Translations under genes and position numbers: made by a program
Notes under the pieces: model-generated
Seen by the model: the letters and a program-made list of their open reading frames with translations, nothing else
Databases searched by the model: none
What the model was told of the DNA's origin: nothing
NCBI GenBank assembly: GCA_024704765.1
Contig: JAKMXF010000365.1
Coordinates: 806,001-870,000 of the forward strand
Direction of reading: 5' to 3'
DNA length: 64,000 nucleotides
From: Oopsacas minuta
Taxonomy: Eukaryota; Animalia; Porifera
Shown: positions 47,801 to 60,094 of the stretch, piece after piece
Layout: the number at the start of each line of letters is the position of its first letter
Position numbering within the stretch: position 1 is the stretch's first letter

Positions 47801-50059
47801 ATAATGTAAAATGCTGTAACAGGGCGAGTTTGTAATTAAATTTTAAGGTTAGTTAATACAGTCTGGGTTGCTTATTGAGAACACTCATGGGACCAAAATA
47901 TTGTCCGTAACTACATATTAAGCAAAGGAAATTTAATTCAAATCCTATATCTTACCTTGAGGCTCTGTACCAGCATAAACATATTTCCATAGTACAATCT
48001 TTTGATTATTTGTCCCTGCTGCTAACAAAGATTTAATTGGATTATAAGCAACACAAGTAGCTACGTCATCTGGGGATAAGTTGAAGCTATTCAGCTCTAG
48101 CATGTAGTTACTGTTCTGGATCAGATCCCAGATACGAACTCCGTAATCTGCACTTGTCATCGCTAACAATCCCATTCCTATCCACTCGAACTTAGCCATA
48201 TCTGGTCTCCCACTCAGCTTCACACTCGTGGAGTCTGAGATTGAAGGACCTTACAAGTATAAGCGATTAGTATAATTGGCGATAATATTGTTTTCATAAA
48301 TGTGTGAGCTAAAAAAAGGATAATATGTAGGTTCTTAGAGGTAGATAATTTTCAATAATTTATTTACGAATAGAGTTGAATTGACTTACATATTCTTTAC
48401 CAATTCCACTCATTTCACAGACCCACAGTCTAGATTTTTAAAAATCACTGTTAAATATACACAATTGCATTATATTTTTCAGTTTGTATTTGTATCAATA
48501 TCTCTTGCATAAACTTACCATCTCCTAACTCATGAACAGATAAGAATAGCCGCTGAGTAATTGTTATTAGCTCGGAAGCATTATCAGATAGAAACATTTT
48601 CAGTAGAGTATCTTCTTCCTTGACTAGTATAACACAATTATCTCCTTTCTCTTCTCCAAACACTACACTGCCATCCCTAGTACACAGATAGTACTCTACA
48701 TATTCTCTAGCAGAACTCTATGAAAAATAGTCATAATATGATAGAGTTCCAAACTTCCAATAAGATTGTGTTTATTTAAAATGTTTATCATGGGTCTACC
48801 TTAGATGGTTCATTCTGTAGAGTGTTAAAATCAAAATCTATAAATATAATTAGTTGAGAATATATAAAGAAACATATGATTAGAACTGTTGTATGACTAT
48901 TGACTTACAAGGTAGCATCACAGTCATACAACAGTTCGGTTGTTAAATAAATAGAAACATGATGCTTACTACAACTAATCACTAGATTACTAGCTAGCAA
49001 GTTATAAGTAGGGGTTAAGTGCATATAGGTACACAAATGTTGTACAAGCCGAAAGGGACAAATATAGTGCCATATGTGAATGTAGTATTCCTATGTATTT
49101 GTAATAAGTCTTGTAATTACAAGAAGTAAGGATTAACCGTCAGCGCGTTTTATAACTAATGTTCTATGAAACCTCAAATAATATATATTAGGTGAGTATT
49201 CTGATACCTGAATTTGTATCCAGAGTAAAATCAGGAGAATGTAGCAAGCAATGAGTTAAAGCTGAATTCCTTTCTACCACTTTGATTGGCGTGTTGATAA
49301 GATGTCCGTGTTGAGTTACGTTCCATATAGACAACATTCCATTTTGATCTCCTGTAACTAACCTACTCCCTCCAGATGACCACCTTACAAACAACAAATA
49401 TATTCAACATCACCAAAGTTGATATTTACACAAATAACTCACTCTAACACTGTTATAGAAGCCTTGTGAGCATTTGTATTCTCAAAGAATGCGTGTTCAG
49501 GTTCATTGAATAAACACAGCTCTCCATTCTCCCAACCAACTGCTATTACCTATATACGCGTAGCCGCGTACCATCAAATTATTAATATCAATTGTGTTAA
49601 GTTTGATGTTTGTACTAAAGACAATACGTAATGTTCTGTCCAATTTTAGTGACGTAGCTACGTAGTTGTATAAATATCCCTCAGAGTATATTAATCGAAT
49701 ATATTTTGTTCTAATTTGAATTGCTTAATTATCCAGCGTGTACTATCAACTGGATATAGATTCAGAAATTGTCTATTATTCATAGTCCTGGATAACAATA
49801 ATTATTATACCTTAAGAGCAGGATGCCACTTCATTAAGGAAGCCATACACGGTCTCTGCATGTTAGCATCCTCAATTAGCTCTCCCTCGTCTAGGAACAC
49901 ATTCACAACTCCAGCACTGACTAATCCACTCGGCTGGATGTACTCTGATTTGGAAGAGACAGCCAAAAGCGCGTATATGTTATGCCAAGCTGTTTGTTCG
50001 TGACTAGAGATCTGTTGATGGGAAGATGGCTTAATTTCAAAGTCAAAATAAACAGACAT
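38898..50059 (-). CDS. IFT140: Intraflagellar transport protein 140 (WD40 + TPR), about 20 exons
   Basis: N-terminus [30 protein letters not shown]; [15 protein letters not shown]; [58 protein letters not shown]; [55 protein letters not shown]; [18 protein letters not shown]; acidic C-terminus. Confidence 0.96.
42567..42697. mobile_element. pogo/Tigger-type MITE in an IFT140 intron
   Basis: 24-bp imperfect TIRs cagtaatctctcgttaaaacgaag / cttcgttataacgtgagtttactg with TA target duplication. Confidence 0.8.
45749..47203 (+). CDS. Intronless coiled-coil + NHL-repeat protein (TRIM-NHL-like, no RING/B-box), 484 aa, nested antisense in IFT140 intron 45281-47955
   Basis: Coiled-coil ([21 protein letters not shown]), then NHL repeats [56 protein letters not shown]. 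Flanking IFT140 exons join in phase 1 (Q-G|AT-AW). Confidence 0.88.
   Translation: MEESAKTKNSADSDSSFRSRLNKSVSFSKVLPSHESVVPNSKRQGRLRAATISDKEDYCFRDNLHSIRSYIKNKFQILKGRISELEDKMLDSLAEIEGKYSQKLLENKEAMNKIQNLKIMIDDVLQDNSLQIGINNLINDKLKPKSSPSEICVTLQWPRGMDTFLNQLDDALKITKHDEDTSPLDSPSPVEVVRVQSLQSFGRLGQGIEDMVSPRAVTISTEGLVYCSDWENNTIMCFSPSGMLKYSFTNVKHPYSLCAHNNRLYVTEANNSFLKVGRVGNHACVKSLDLKGNLLNKVGKYGSSNGHFKSPSGITVYQLVDGEDKVFVCDTDNNRLQIFNSDLQFARLFLAGKVKQPDDVKVQEMKVYVMDKRNPCLHIFTFQEEALASIISQGPGRDLESSYFFTLDKSGCIVLGDHEKHCLKVFTPNGKLARIIGSPNAKTGEFYLPLGIAQSKDDDQMAVVSLRQTGCVQLFNINLSLFSF
47686..47793. mobile_element. Short TA-flanked MITE
   Basis: Imperfect TIRs ccctaggggtccgaataaac / gtttattcggatccctagag, with TA at both ends. 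Confidence 0.7.
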
Positions 50060-50210
50060 TTCTTGAATACACAGAGCTGAGTGCTAGTGAGTTAGAGAGT
50101 TAATATAATCATAATTATATTTAATATTAATAATATAAATATAAATAATATAATATAGAATAAACATATGTTTGTTACATAAAAATTAAATTGTTTATAT
50201 TGTTAAGTGT

Positions 50211-53200
50211 TCAATCTGGTTGTTGTGCTTTCTTCAAGAAATCAGAATAAGCTAGTAATGTTTTGTAAATAAGAAAGTATTGGTCTTTAGTCTGTACCAT
50301 ACCTCCTCTATCTTGACGTAATATTGATATGATTTTGAGGAGATCAGCTCTTCCTTTCTTCTCCAATTCATGCATACCTACATCTATAGCTATGAACACT
50401 CCAGTACGTCCAATTCCTATTAGGATACAAATAACAACGATTATCAGTAAGTATTCCCTCTCTTATAACTTACCTGAAGAACAATGCACAAGAACAGGAC
50501 TTTGACTATTCCTCGCATAAGTCCTACTGTCAAGCAGAAGCGTTATTATAGGTATTCCAGTCTCAGGAATACCATAGTCAGGCCACTGTTTGAACCAGAA
50601 GTGGATAACCTCACGGACCTCCTTGTTCTAACGAATAATATTAATAATAATAATAGAAAAATTGGTGTCGAAATATAATAGGCGAGTAAATTGTTCATTC
50701 CAGGAAGGCCGGAGAAAGTATGTGTCAATTAACGAGCCTGAAAATCGAGAAATTCGCATCATACCGAAATAGTATTTCATATTTACATTGTGGCCTCAAC
50801 TACATTTTCTAATTAATTATGCCGGCTGTAACTCAACATGATTATAAACATTTCTAATTACGTGCTTCTATATCTGTCCGTTGTTTGATTTTTAATCTAG
50901 ACAGGATGTAACAAGACTTATACTCCTTCTCCACAGGTGTCACCTCCAGGTCTCCAAATATAGCATTTGCAGAAACGTCTTTGTCAGGCCAGTAGAGGGC
51001 ACATTTGTGTCTACCATGTTCTATCAATTCTGTTAACATCAGGATTACCTCACAACGTTGCTCCCTATTAAGTAAATGTAATATTGTACTAAAATTGTAT
51101 CAAAATTCATTATTATACATTTATCAAAAGTAAGTAGCATTACATATGAAATAAAATCATAATAACACAGAGCATCAGTCCGGCAGTAATTGATATATGT
51201 CAGATCATAGTCTATTAATATTTATGTCCATTGAAACAGATTCGTAATTGGAAAACTATGATTACTTCTCTCTAATTAATTCTACAGTAACAAATGAATA
51301 TTATTAAATTATAATGAGAATAGCTGAATTGGCTTTTCATTACAATTAATTCACTACATACTGTATCTCACCATATCATTCTCCAGAATTCCTCCATTGT
51401 ATTGTACATGGGTCCCTGAGTCGCTATATATGCTCTACTCATCATATTGTAGCCCCTGATAAAGCTAGCGTTAATATAGTCAGACGTAGGTAGGTTGTAC
51501 TTGAGGAAGAGAGGGACTCTACTGTGTGGGGGAGGTAGCACGTTTGGATATCTATTTTTAGCCTCAGTACCAGGTGGCATTTCATCCACTGAGAAATAGG
51601 TAATAAATAAATAAATAAATCTACAATGGAGATTCTTGTTTCTACAACTCACTGGATACAAAGTTCATAGGCAGAGCATTGAACTCTAGATGTATTGTGT
51701 ATGGTGGAGACTCCAGTAACAGATCATTTATCTGTTCTGGGGATAGAGGACGAGACATTATACGAGCTCTAGGCTTGAATAGTGGAATCTCACTCACACT
51801 ACTCTTTCCAATGTAACTTACTGTTTCACTCTTTAAACTGACAGCACGCTCTGTAGAGCTAAGTTCAGCTACAGCAACACTATTGTATGATAAATTAATG
51901 TATGAAAACATCAAACTATATATTTCAGTTTAATTATGGCCAACAATGGACTGTCTTAAAGTGACTGTTATGTACAGGTGATAGTTATAGGATAATTGAA
52001 GTAAAGTGCTCGCTATTATGCGCTGTGCAAGTGACGTCACACTCATTTTTACTGTAGTACGTATATAAGTTATTTCGGATAAATACCTTTTACGAGGGAT
52101 ACTCTCCCCTGCAGCTGGTCTTGTTATTCTAGTTCTCTTCTCAAATATACTCGAGGTTACTTTATCCATTAATTCAGAGTTATTATCTTTTTCACTATTT
52201 TCATCTAACGAAATATTATTCGTAGTCATTCCCATTAGAATCTCAAATTGAGCATGAGTACATAGCAATAACATTATGAGGGAAATAGTTGTAGCAATGG
52301 CTACATAGTAAAATAAGCTAGTAGCTAGTCCACTTGATGTTGCGTAAAGATCTGTATATTCTAAATATAGGAAGATATATTCAAAATCTTAGTACAGTTA
52401 TTTTCTCCCAGTTTAAGTATTCTATGAATATTCTTACCAGTTAGCTGTACTTCATCCAGATAAGATATTAAATTAAATCTAGAGTGAACTAAAATTTCTT
52501 TTATACGAAGCGGATCGATTATCTTCCTATCTATCTCAAAGCTAACTTCTACTCTACCATCCACGCTAAATAGCGTACCAATAGGAACTTTATTGTCTAA
52601 TGCCTTCACTATAGCAGATCGGAACCCTTGTATATCTCCGTTTCTTTGTGCAAATAATGAGAGATAGTCGAGAGAGAATTTGAGAGTCGCTATTAACAGT
52701 GAAGGAGTTGGGGAAGTAGTGACAGTATTGCTTGTATATGTGGATGTGGTAGCTGTAGTGTTTGCTGTCTGAGTAGTAGGCTGTGTAGGAGGCGATACTA
52801 TACAGGGGTAGAGTATTGGTAAATACAAACTTAGTTAATCAGCATTTCTATGAATTATATAATCTTATCTCTATAGTCTATACTATGGCTGTATTCATAC
52901 ATATTTTAAATTTCATTTACCAATGTTTACCAAATGGTTAAATTGCTAAAATCAGTTTGATTAGAAAATGAGTTATACAGTATTTACCAGTTCGACAAAT
53001 TAATAGAGTAGCATCTGATAACAAATCTTGAGCCATTTGAGTAGGTTCTATTAGCAGATAATTCACGTCATCTTTTCCTGTTGTAATTGCATTTAGCTCT
53101 ACAATATTATGATTATTTCCAAAACCGATAACAACAATTCTAACACCTAACTCCATCTCCAACTGATCACTAAGCCTTGTTAATTCACCAGTATCTGCCA

Positions 53201-56200
53201 CCTGTGTGTTACTACCAGCTGTAAGGAATATTATTGTCTTTTGTACTATACTTTTCTCAGTGAAAATGTCCATTAATATGAAGTCTAACGGTGCAGTTAA
53301 GTTTGCGGTTCCCCCAGGAAATGCAGTAGATTTCAGTTCAGTTATAATCGAATTAAAATCTCTGCTGACATTAGCATAACTAACAACATTGTCTGAGAAC
53401 ACAAGAAACCCAACTCTGTTATCAATCTTACCAACAGGATAATTAAATCGATCTATCAATTCAAGAGTAAAGTCTATCTCTTCGGCAAATAGAGTTTGAC
53501 CTAAGTTACTGGTCCCGTCAAGCACAAATAACATATCAATCTGAATGAGACATTCTGGGCCTATAAATACGATCATAATCAGACAATTTATTCATTTCTT
53601 TGTTAGAATTATAATTTTGAGGGAAATTAGTAACTCACTGATTATACAGATATGTCCGTTTGTGATCCTGAAGCCCTTTTCACATCCACAACTCAGGTTA
53701 TAGTATGTCTGCTGTACAGATTGTTGCAGCAGAGAGAAAGAACATTGAGTCAGGAGTGAACAGGTACACAACAATATGGTAGGAGAAAATACACTGGTAA
53801 GTCCTGTTGTGACGTCACTAACAGATATACTTATACCAAATTCTCCAATCTCCTGGTTCAGTACTCCATCCAGTGTGTATAGGTCATCAGAGTATGACAG
53901 CATGATATCTCTAATGGGAGAATATATAGATAACATGGGAGGATGGGATTGTGGGTTAACAGCTGTCAGAGAGTAAGAGAAGGCTTCTATCGTGCTGATA
54001 ACGAGGATATGATTTCCAGTGATATAGGGTGTTGATGTTTCTAAAAGTTAATAATTCAATAAACATTTTCCGCTCGTATGTATGAGAATAAATGGAGCTC
54101 CTGAAGACAAAATTGCTCAAAATAGTGGTCGTGGTATTTCTCAAACTATGTTTGGAATGCAGATTGGTTACTATTTTGCAATTAAGTAACGTGTATATTG
54201 TTTTTACAGTAAAACTCGGATAAGACATACCCCCTCGGGAAACAAAGATAGTAAGTCTTATCCGATTAGGAATTGCAATTGCATAAAATGAATTATATGC
54301 AATGAATTTTTGGGATATAAGAAATAGTAAGTCTTATCCGAGTTCTACTTTATATCAAAGTCTAGTCGTGACATATATTATTATTATTATTTCTCACCTA
54401 AATCAATTCTTGCATCAATACTAATCAAAGTAAGATCTCTACTGGAGTTAGCTATCCCCTTCTCTCCAGTAATCAGCTGATCGAATATACAAGCTTTCTT
54501 GCTCTTACATTGCGTTAATATCTCAGAGGAAACTCCCATAGAGAGTGTCTCGTCTATGAATTTTATAATTTCAACATTAGATGGACTAGAGAAACAATAT
54601 ATAAGAATACACACTTTGTATCTGATAATATAATTATTATATAACTTACTTGTAAGTAGAATAGTTTCCTGTCTCATACACCATAAAGCTCTCATCTTGT
54701 GTTATCCTCCAAGAATCAGCAAACTCTTCCTTCTCTCTATCAGTCACATTCTGAGACAGGAGAGTACCATTCCTCATCAACAGGTCATTACTCATGTCTC
54801 CATCCCACTGACCTATAAGTCCGTTAGTCTTGTTAAAGCAACTATCTACAGGTTGTGATATTTGAAAGTTTAAAAGATTGTTTAGCGCCCAAACATTGAT
54901 AGAGAATCCAGAAGAGAATCGTATTTTGATGGTAGCTACCTATTCAAACATAATATTATTAATTCCTGAATTAAATTCTCAATTTATAATAAACTCACAT
55001 CAATCATATAAGAAATTATTATACAACTTAAAGCTATTTCTCGACTCATTAATAGCTTATCAGTACCGTTGATATATACCACTATATCTGTCTTATCAGA
55101 AGATAAACTAACAAATACTCTTGAACTACACTCATTCTCTCTAAGGGAAATAGCAGTAAATGATGTTATGTTAAGTTCTTCAGCAATTTCTGTACGGACT
55201 TGTAGCTGTATAGGACAATTAGGAGTACTCTTTAGCAACCAATACTCTCCTAAGGAATGATATTTGTCATTACGTATTTTTACATTTCTCAGAATAATTA
55301 TTTTTATCAAAATTAATTTACGGCTCTGATAGCCAATACGAATTAATTATTTAGAAATTCTGTTTTTTGGCCGAATAATGAAATAGTGTATCTAACTATT
55401 GTATTCCAAGGACATAGGGTTCCGGAAGCGGGGCGGCTAGAACGGGACGGCCTTGGCCGCCCCATTTTCCATGGGCTTCAGACTGCCCTGGCATTATACA
55501 GTGTAGTGAATTTCATATACTATCATACTTATCATACCTACTCCATTAATTCTGTACTTATTGCTATCAGCTGTTATAACATGAGCTAAACCAAACCCCC
55601 ATGCTAATCCAGGAGGTTCATAACCACTACAGTTGCTAGTAGCTCTGTTGGAAAAATACACGTCACAGAAGTCTGAGTACTTACAGCAGTTCTCATAAGC
55701 TGTATAATCTCCGAATAGATATATGTCACTGTTTGTTGCTGGATTATTTAGCAGAGAACTTCCACGAAATTTTCCCTCTGTTATTAGAGTTAATCTGTCT
55801 GAGTAGCAGCACCTAACAACTGGATATTTTAACTTTACCTTCCTGCGTTACTAAATAATATATTACATGTATTATTACTAGATTAATAATATTTTCTATT
55901 TGAATTAATTGTCCTTCAATTCTTCTTTTCCATCTCATTTTAAATAATCTATTATAACTACCTTGCTTAGCGACCAGTTCTTGGATAATTATATTGAAAT
56001 ACTAAAGTTTTGCTTTTCTGAATAATTATTAGTAATCATTTTATTTAATACCTGAGCTATCTTATATGTAGACAGTATATAATTTCCCATAGAACCTAAT
56101 ACAACATTTTGTAGACCGAGAAAACCAATATCAACAGTTTGGGGATTGTTTTAACTATGTCCGGGAAACTGAGCCAACACTATCAAATGGAAGGTCTACA

Positions 56201-59200
56201 ACTACACGTATACGTACATATAAGATTACTCTTTATTCTTTATTAAATATTTGCTCCTAATTCAGATAAAATCTGTTTATCAGAAGTACCTTTGACTTGG
56301 TCCAGGTATCCCAAACAATGAGATATAACAGTCTATTTCATAAATTCGAGGAGATATAGTATCAAGTCTGAACCTCTCATCTATAACAACTTGTAGGAGG
56401 GTACAGGGACATACAGGTGTGTTAATCTCAAGCCTACTGTTGTTCTGTCTCCATATATCACACTGTTGTTGTGCGGATATAATATCATTATGGGTATAAC
56501 TTATGTTAAAACCTATTATAGTCAGCTGACTACCACCTGTAATTACAAAAAGTTAATATTTAAGTGCAAACTTTTTAACCTAAATGCACTCACTAATTAA
56601 ATCAATTTTATGAGCATTAGGTGTTCCAGAGAGAGGGTGTGTTTCAGAGAGAATAGAAGCAGCAGAGAATCCGATTATAGGGGAGGTACCCATAACTGTA
56701 GACCAACTCATGTCTCCACGCTTATACCCATACAAGACATAAGTATTCCTGTAGTCTGTGACTAGTCCAAGTTGAAATGAATTCTCTTGGAATGTTTGTG
56801 TACTATCATATGAGGTGGGTATCACACGAGACCAAGTAGCAACCAGTACAGAAGCTGCAAGAAAACTGATAGGTGCATTAGCATACTGTATAGCTAGCTT
56901 TGTAGCATTATTCCTTATCTCTGTATTATTAGTATAGAGTTGGTAGAAGAGAGTTCCTTGAGAAGAGTAGTCAACATTTGACCAGAAGGGAGCGAGGATA
57001 TAGAGATCTAAAGTTTATCGTCTATTAAATACGTATATATGTGTATTTATGTGAATAAGGACTGAGTTTTCGCAATTTCGTTTGCACAAAATAAGTGCAC
57101 CGGTATTGACTGAATTAAATCTCAAACCTTGTAAAGTTCCAGCCCCGAACTCTTGTACGTCCCAGTAATGAAAGGGTGTATCAAATGAGAGTACACCAAG
57201 AGGAGAAAGATACATAACTAAGGTAAGATGATTTCCAACAGGTAAAGCTTGTTGTAGCACAATAGCAGGAGATTGAGCGTAGTCACTATGAGGTACTTGT
57301 GAGTCTCCAGGTAAAAACCCAAATGGAAACATTATCCTATTAGCTTCAGGTGGAGCTAGTGTATGTATACTAATAGAACTGAAATTACTAGATCCATACA
57401 TATTCTCTCCTGATATCTTCACCTAGGGTATATAAATAGCAAATGTAAAAACTACAGGCCTACTGGCCTTGAAATAAGGGATAAATAAGGGAAATGAGTA
57501 TATTTTGATTTAAAATTGGACAATAATTTGCTTTGGATATTTTTCTTGGGAAACCATGCTCAGAAACTGAGAATACATTTATTTGTATAATTACATGTTA
57601 GTAACCTCGTAAAATGAATCTGAATTCAGATCAGTTATATTGTAGGTGTATACAGACTTTGTAACGGTGACAAGTAAATTGAGTTGTGACATTGTATGAT
57701 CATCCAAGGCTGTAATATTTATAATGAAGTTTCGTACAGTTTGAAGTCCAGTAAAACAGCTATCTCCATTCTTCCATTTAACAACACTCCATTTCTCTCC
57801 TAATTCAAATACTAACACATTTTCAGGTTGACATGGTGCAGCTAGCAATCCTATTTTAATAGATATATACCTCTGACCTACTAAGTTGTTACCAACACAA
57901 GTCAGATTCTGTATAGGTTTTTGTATGTTTTTAATGTGTAGAGATACAGTCACTTCTCCTGTCTCTGTTGCGAATCCGTTTATGATATCTAGAATGTATA
58001 AATTTGTAATAATACTTATATTTGCTATCATTGCTATGGAATAAGATTATTATTTACCTGGGTTACGTATAGGGCTTATTTCCACTATAGCAATATCAGG
58101 AGGAGAATTCACAATAGCTTTTCCGTCATTTTGCCATGTTAGTAACTGTATTGGATGACCAGAACCTAAGCAATACAATGGCAAATCTGTACCTATCTCT
58201 ACCCTGTATTGCGTACCTACAGGGCTAGAGGGAGAGCGTGGGTCTTGAAGTTGCAGACTAATTGGTACATATTGCTGTACTATTTGAGAAGCATTTCGCG
58301 TAGTTCTAGTATGTCCTGTGAGATAGGAACTGCAGATGTAATTTCCTGAAAGATTTATATCTGATCCTATTATTTTTAATGTCTTACCGTCAGAACTCAG
58401 GCTATACGAACTTGTCTATAGAAATACAGTTAACATCGGTAACTCGAAGGAAATCAAATCTGTTCAAGATAACGAATGTTCGAGTTACCAGATGTTAATA
58501 AGTATCATTATAGCAATTATTTACCATTATCTTTATACGTGTATACATGTATGCAGTTTATAGTCACATGAGGCCGTAATTAATCGCATGGGTTATGCGG
58601 CTATAGTATAAGTAAGAACTACTATTTTAGTTTCATATAAAAATACCTGTGAGTTTATGCTTTCTAAAATGTTAGAACGTCCTTCATACTCCCAATAATA
58701 ACTAATATCTGAATGAAGATTATTGTTGCTAGACTTAGCACTGCAATAGAGAGAATTCGGGATATTTTGAGATTGTACAGTGTATGTTATATCAACAGAA
58801 CAGACGAACAGTACTAATGGAGCTGATAGGCACGAGTGATTGGAAACTCCGTAGAATGTGTTATTCACCTCACAACAGTAGAAATCTCCATTATTGTTAC
58901 GTAACGTAGTGATGAACTGACCTACACTTGCTACGATCTCACCGTTCAATAGCCAAATGAATGTTAAGTTTTCACTTGGTTGTACTGAACAGTTGAACAT
59001 AACTTCTTCTCCATCATAAACAATACTTGGTATTTCTATGCTTACATTGAGAGAAATTGTTGGTGGAGTAGGTGAGGGCAAAATATAAGTTGATGAGGTT
59101 ACCATACTTGTTTGACTTGTAAAGCTTGTGCTGCTAATTGGAATAGAAGTTGATGATATAGAAACTAGTGTTGTCATTTGAGTCTGAGTCTGTAAAGTGA

Positions 59201-59324
59201 ATCTACTTCTTGCACTCTGTTTTATAATGTTAGATATACTCTGTCCGTGAATACATAGCAGAGTATGTATGATGAGTAGAAGGACTAGTAAGACAGTATT
59301 CTCATGTATTTTGTTAGCACACAT
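50211..59324 (-). CDS. Receptor-type protein tyrosine phosphatase, paralog 2: SP-Ser/Thr-rich-Ig x3-FN3-NIDO-AMOP-VWD-cadherin-like-EGF-like-VWA-Thr-rich-juxtamembrane-TM-single PTP domain
   Basis: ATG 59324 with signal peptide; NIDO YILAPFWSNVD..NSFQLGLVTDY; AMOP PVCPCTLLQVVIDERF..CCYSD..ENCCKYSDFCDVY; VWD WGFGLAHV; VWA exon 52988-53560 (IDMLFVLDGT); TM LFYYVAIATTISLIMLLLC; PTP KNRYPNVLP, DYINASFIRG, YIATQGP, KQWPDYGIP, VHCSSG|IGRTG, MVQTKDQY. Confidence 0.87.
54207..54350. mobile_element. CAGT-type MITE in an RPTP2 intron (end fragments also at ~32128-32148 and ~44924-44944)
   Basis: TIRs cagtaaaactcggataagac / gtcttatccgagttctactt, TA flanks. Confidence 0.75.
54672..54822 (-). repeat. Inverted partner of 21788-21938 (149/151 identical)
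   Basis: Direct comparison; differences are acatGagt vs acatAagt and agaaGgaag vs agaaAgaag. Confidence 0.95.
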
Positions 59325-60094
59325 AATCTTCAAATCTTATATTATGTACAATTCATAATCAATCTAAGTATAATACTTATAGTAGTACAATTACATACAA
59401 TTACATATAATACAAATAATACATAACTCTTAATTTATTAATTTGGGAAATTCATCCAATTTTATATTCAAATGTATTTTTAGTTAATTACTCAACATAA
59501 TGATTATAAACTGTTTGAATATTATTAAAACCCTCCTAGAGACGCTAATATACTATAAAACAATCGTCCCTAGCACCCATCAGGTCCAAGAGTAGGGGTC
59601 TAGCCCCCCCATCCCTCAATTCATTCATTAAATAAACCAATGTAAAGCAATTAGAGATGCCAACTTTCACGAGATATCCGTAAGCCCCACAGACTCTCGT
59701 GCCTCTAGCAGTAAATATCACGGGGTTTTGGCTCACTAACTGTACATGTTGATGCAGAGATGTTAATCTCACGGATTGATGTTAGCATCAATGAGCAATA
59801 TCCACATGGAATTTTTCCCAAATGCTGTGAAGTAATCAATTTTATTTGTTGAGTGTTTTACATTCAATTAACACTAGAAGTAAATAATAAATACCTAAAA
59901 CCGTAATATTATCGAGAGTTGATCTTTTCTCATAGAACAGACTCTGCTATAATTATACATATTATAAGGAGGCACAATGTAACAAAATTTATACTTTCAG
60001 TATTGTTTCATGTCTACTAGAAATGCAACCTTAATCATATTAACCATTACTATTCACCAGTCTAACCACTCCAAGTTATTCTAGATAATACAAA

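Noticed and set aside
55410-55490. GC-rich insert ending in ccctg, hAT-MITE-like
   Set aside because: No matching TIR pair or 8-bp target duplication could be verified.
59545-59820. 75-aa minus-strand ORF in the RPTP2/TM2 divergent intergenic region
   Set aside because: Non-ATG start, no motifs; likely a repeat remnant or promoter DNA.
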